From Octopus sinensis (lineage: Eukaryota), in NCBI RefSeq assembly GCF_006345805.1, contig NW_021824981.1:1-23248 (forward strand): a stretch of DNA of 23,248 bases, in the 5' to 3' direction. Within the stretch, counting starts at the first letter, position 1; every line of letters starts with the position of its first letter. Below are positions 18,958 to 23,248 of the stretch, one piece after another. The notes beneath the pieces are model-generated. The model had not been told where the DNA came from. It was given only the letters and a program-made list of their open reading frames with translations, and made no database searches. Position numbers and translations under genes: made by a program.

Positions 18958-20213
18958 GTGTCCGGAAAGTTCGTGCCGATTTTTAAAGGAAAGAAAAGGT
19001 CAATAAATACTTGCCATTACATCTTTAATGAACCAAATATGAACCATTTTGTTGCACAATGCGTCTTCATCTTTCCTCTAACTTGAAAATACCCTCTTTC
19101 CAGAATTGAGGTGGTTTCATGGCAAAGAAATCATCAAGGTATCTTTTTACGTCATCCAAGAAATTGAAATTTTTACCATTAAGACTATTCTGCAGAGACC
19201 TGAATAAGTGGAAATCCGAAGGAATAATATCTGGTGAATATGGAGGGTTGGGTAACACATCCAAGCCGAGCTGCAGCAATTTTTGTCTGGTTCCAAAAGA
19301 AATGTGCGGTCTTGCATTATCATGTTGGAAAACAACACCCTTCCTGTTGGCCAATTCTGGACGTTTCTCTTGAATTGCTGCTTTTAACTCGTCCAGTTGT
19401 GTGCAGTATTTCTCAGAATTAATTGTTTGGTTACTTGGGAGAAGCTCATAGTACAGAATTCCTTTTCAATCCCATCAGACACAAAGCAAAATTTTTTATG
19501 GCGAAGACCCGCTTTTGGGGTGGCTAAGGGTGGCTCATGTCGCTTACTCCAGGATCACTTTCTCTGAACATTTCGGTAGATAATCCATTTCTCATCACCT
19601 GTCACAATTTGATTTAAAAAAGGCGCGTTTTCAGTCTGGAAATGCGATCCAAACGGTTCTTCTCACTCAATTCATGTGGTACCCAAACATCGTAGCGATT
19701 TGTGTACCCAAGCTTTACCAGGTGCTCATGAAATACGGATTTTGATAGGTTGAGGCTTTGTGCCAATTCTCGGGTTGTGTAATGTGGGTTATTCTCAATT
19801 AATGACTTGATTTGGTCATCATCTGTAGTGGATGGTCTGCCTGATCGCTCTTTATCAATAAGGCTACAATTTCCAGCTCGGAACCTTGCGAACCACTTCC
19901 GTACGGTTCTGTCGGATAAAGAAACGACACCGTAAACTGTGCATATTTCTTTGGTTGCTTGTGAGGCCTTTTTACCTTTATGGAAAAAGAAAAGCATCAA
20001 GTGCCGAAAATGAACTTTCTTATCTTTCATTTTAAAGGATTACAGAATTAACACAGGTTATAGGAACATAAACCTTCTTCTACGAAAAGGTGGGTTAAAC
20101 TGTGCTCTAAATGGAGGTGTAGTCAAATCCTATTTTATGGACTCAACCATGTTCTAAAATAAGTCGAAAGGTAAGCTACTATAAAATCGGCACGAACTTT
20201 CCGGACAACCCAA
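18954..20213 (-). mobile_element. Full-length mariner (DD34D) transposon, 1260 bp, inactive
   Basis: TIRs TTGGGT(T)GTCCGGAAAGTTCGTGCCGATTTT at 18954-18983 and 20183-20213 (one indel), each flanked by TA. Confidence 0.97.
19025..20030 (-). pseudogene. Mariner transposase pseudogene
   Basis: MKDKKVHFRH...WVPHEL, IVTGDEKW, HDNARPH-(34 residues)-YSPDIIPSD. It has frameshifts after DRIS and near KILLCV, and in-frame stops in RK*SW, V*WD*KG and EER*RR. Confidence 0.95.
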
Positions 20214-20276
20214 TATATATATATATATATATATACATATTCTGCCGGCACGCCACCTTATAAAACGATACATATA

Positions 20277-20494
20277 TTGATTTCAAACTTTAGCACGAGG
20301 CCAGCAATTTCGGAGAAAGGGCTAAATACTTTACATCACCCAAGTGTTCAACAGGTACTTATTTCATCGACCCCGAAAAGATGAAAGGAAAAGTCGACCC
20401 TCGGCGGCATTTGAACTCAGAATGTGAATTCGAAGAAATGCCGCTAAGCGTTTTTCCCGATGAGGTAACGAACCTGCCAGATCGCCGCCTTAAG
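20277..20494 (-). mobile_element. SINE family A, alternative tail (AAATTGCTGGCCTCGTGC type)
   Basis: Head and central domain match family A. Flanked by CGATACATATA (20266-20276) and CGAAACATATA (20495-20505). Confidence 0.82.
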
Positions 20495-20505
20495 CGAAAC
20501 ATATA

Positions 20506-20899
20506 CTCTTTTCTACTCTAGGAATAAGGCACAAAATGTTTGGGGAGGGGACCAGTCGATTACATCGACCCCAGTAGGCAATTGGTACTTAATTTATCGT
20601 ACCCCGAAAGGATGAAAGGCAAAGTCGACCTCAGCGGAATTTGAACTCAGAACGTAATGGCAGACGAAATACCTATTTCTTTACTACCCACAAGGGGCTA
20701 AACACAGAGAGGACAGACAAACGGATTAAGTCGATTATATCGACCCCAGTGCGTAACTGGTACTTATTTAATCGACTCCGAAAGGATGAAATGCGAAGTC
20801 GACCTCGGCGAAATTTGAACTCAGAACGTAACAGCAGACAAAATACCGTTAAGCACTTTGCCCGGCGTGCTAACAGTTCTGCCAGCTCGCCGCCTTAAG
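20506..20899 (-). mobile_element. SINE family A dimer (full unit plus a 5'-truncated unit with a different tail)
   Basis: The junction AAAGAAATAG|GTATTTCGTC at 20673/20672 matches that at 839/840. Flanked by CGAAACATATA and CCATACATATA (20900-20910). Confidence 0.88.
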
Positions 20900-21254
20900 C
20901 CATACATATATTAAAATCGCTTCGATATCAGTAGATTTACCTCTAAATTGTTGACGACTAAAATAATTAACACGAGTTTATAATAAAGTGTCTAAATATA
21001 AGTGAAGACAGTTGTTCCAAAAAAGCAGTAAATATTGAGTAGGGCTATTAACGTTTATTTTCGTAAGTTTTATCGTAGTTTCCTTTGCATTCGTGTGCCA
21101 AAAGTGTTTAATTTTCTTGGCACTCAATTTATAATTTATTTTTTCAAGCAACGTTGATATCTTTTAAATAGTCTGAATCAGTGCATTTTCGCTTTCGTTA
21201 ATTTCTCCCTCATCACAGCTGCACAAAACCACGGAGATAATGATCAGCTTTATT

Positions 21255-21390
21255 TTTCATCCTTCCGAGGTCGATAGTAAAGTACCAACCCGTGACGGCG
21301 CGGATGGACAGAACTATGAGAAAACCAGGTCGGATACTTTGCGGTATTTATTCCGGCTCTTAGCGTTCTGAGTTCAAATCCCGTCAAGGA
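21255..21390 (+). mobile_element. Degenerate SINE-A fragments
   Basis: TTTTCATCCTTCCGAGGTCGATAGTAAAGTACC and CTTTGCGGTATT...GTTCTGAGTTCAAATCCCG, in rearranged order. Confidence 0.5.
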
Positions 21391-21625
21391 AGGGTACTTG
21401 GGTCGTAAACTTGATCACTTATCCTGTTTAGAGCCACCACCTGGGAACTTGGTTGCCTTCAGTGGACCCCCACCCTGCTGCATGCATTAGGGTCAGGTTT
21501 CTGGTTTGAGGATAACTTCGTCCTCTCTTCCTTCAATCTTTTCCACCTGTCTTGGAAACCCTGAAAAGGGTCATAGGCGCTGACTTTCCTCCTGATTGAA
21601 AGATGCAAAAAATGCGATCAGACGT

Positions 21626-22285
21626 AGGCGCAAGCGTGGCTGTGTGGTGAGAAGCTTGCTTCCCAACCACATGGTTCTGAGTTCAGTCCCTCTGGGTGGC
21701 ACCTTGGGCAAGTGTCTTCTACTTTACAAAGCCTTGTGACTGGATTTGACAGACGGAAACTGAAAGAAACTTGTCGTGTGTGTATGTGTGTGTGTGTGTG
21801 TGTGTATCCCAGCCGAAATTGCAAAGATAATTTGGTACTCGACTGAGGAAAGAAAACTTCGAATGACCTGTCCTTGTTTTCTTCGTATCGTTTATCTGGA
21901 TGTTTTGTTGTCCCATTTTTGTATCACCTAACTGCCTGGATGTTTTGCGTTCTTGTCCTATTTTGTATTATATATATATATATATGTGTGTGTTGTGTGT
22001 GTGTGTGTGTGTGTGTGTGTTGTGTGTGTGTGTGTGTGTGTGTCGTGTGCGCGTGTGTGTATTTGTGTCTGTGTTTGTCCCACACCCCCACCATTTGACA
22101 ACCGATGTTGGTGTGTTGGCATCCTCGTAAATTAGCAGTTTAGCAACATAGTCCGATAGAATAAGTACCAGGTTGAAAAAGACAAAAAAACAAAAAAAAA
22201 ACAAAAAAATTAGATCGATTTATTCGAATAAAATTCTTCGGATCGGTGCTCCAGCATGGCCTCAGTCTAACGACAGAAACAAACA
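21626..22285 (+). mobile_element. Degenerate SINE family B with a ~160-bp insert in its internal microsatellite
   Basis: B head at 21626, (TG)n, an unrelated insert at 21808-21968, (TA)(TG)n, then the B 3' half ending CAGCATGGCCTCAGTCTAACGACAGAAAC. Confidence 0.82.
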
Positions 22286-22611
22286 AACAAAAAAAAAAAG
22301 AACAAATAATAATATTAAAGTTCAGAAATATAGCAAAATCATTCCAGACAGCCATATAATCTGTTTGAAGGCCATAAAAAATTATCAATCGATGGCGTGG
22401 AAAAGAAATCATAAACAATTGGTTTCGTTTTTCGCCTTCTGTCGTTTATTGCATGTCAAACTCAATTGTTTATAATTAACGTTCGATTTGTCCCTATAAT
22501 CTATCAATAAAACATCGCTACTTCTTATCTACCTTGTTCGAATGTGTTGTTTGTATGCATGTGCATCTGTGCTGCATATAGTTGTCTATATGTGCGCGCG
22601 TGTTGTATTAT

Positions 22612-22632
22612 CTATATATATATATACACCAC

Positions 22633-22666
<34 letters not shown>

Positions 22667-22902
22667 CAACACATACAGATTGAATGTATATATATATATA
22701 TTATATATATATATATATTATAATATTATATATATATATATATACAGGCGCAACACACTCACATATATGATAATAATAATAATAATACATAATAATATAA
22801 TAATAATAATAATAATGATGATGATGATGATGATGATGATAATGATGATAATGATGATGAGGATGATGATAGTAATAATAATGACGACTGATGATGATGA
22901 TG

Positions 22903-22942
<40 letters not shown>

Positions 22943-22970
22943 TGATGATGATGATGATGATGATGATAAT
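22612..22970. repeat. (TA)n/(TAA)n/(TGA)n compound microsatellite
   Basis: Seen directly. It is the source of the poly-I, poly-M, poly-N and poly-D ORFs. Confidence 0.95.
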
Positions 22971-23027
22971 AATCGACTAACCCCTTGCCTTGAAATTGCT
23001 GGCCTTGTGCCAAAATTTAAAGCCAAT
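22971..23027 (+). mobile_element. Isolated SINE-A tail fragment
   Basis: ATCGACTAACCCCTTGCCTTGAAATTGCTGGCCTTGTGCCAAAATTTAAAGCCAAT matches the reverse complement of 20277-20330. Confidence 0.65.
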
Positions 23028-23029
23028 GT

Positions 23030-23248
23030 ATGATCTCTCTTTCTGCCGCAGTTTTTTGAAATCATTTATTATCTTGGTAGATTTAGGTCGGTAGGTATCG
23101 TCCTGTTCTTAAAGTATAGCCAAGCATTCCAAGAGTTTCAGAAAATCGTAGAAAGGCTTCCAAGACAAAATAAGTTTGGGAACATCTGTTTTCAGGTAAT
23201 TCCTGCTCTATTGACGTCTTAATCTGGGTTAAAAGAATTCTAACTAGA
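23030..23248 (-). pseudogene. Probable LINE (RTE-like) reverse-transcriptase relic, running off the window edge
   Basis: The minus frame from 23247 reads LVRILLTQIKTSIEQELPENRCSQTYFVL, resembling the RT segment RIL..RI...E..LPE.Q.GFR...Q.F.L. INDFKK appears downstream in another frame, compare F.DFKKAFD. Confidence 0.5.

Noticed and set aside
21385-21615. GC-richer block with a GACCC...GGGTC stem, considered as a LINE 5' UTR or HDV-like ribozyme
   Set aside because: I could not build the nested double pseudoknot by hand, and no ORF follows.

Overview
AT-rich, repeat-saturated metazoan DNA that looks intergenic or intronic. The SINE families and the microsatellite density look like Octopus; this is pattern recognition, not a database result. 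I can support no intact host protein-coding gene, and most ORFs in the supplied track are microsatellite or SINE artefacts. The window holds about 15 tRNA-derived SINE copies or fragments from four head families (my working labels A-D), several with readable target-site duplications (TSDs). It also holds a full-length dead DD34D mariner, a second Tc1/mariner deletion derivative, a piggyBac transposase relic, a DINE-1/HINE-like element, Helitron and Tigger-like ends, a 290-bp palindromic MITE and a probable LINE reverse-transcriptase (RT) relic. The best lead is a minimal type I hammerhead ribozyme fold at 15392-15433 (minus strand), with a compensated U3:A8 core and a palindromic stem III. It is one of four short islands next to microsatellites that show a hammerhead-like skeleton. 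Other leads are SINE-A multimers sharing one fixed internal junction at two loci, apparent serial insertion into the same target site, and a templated SINE-in-SINE insertion. All alignments were done by hand.
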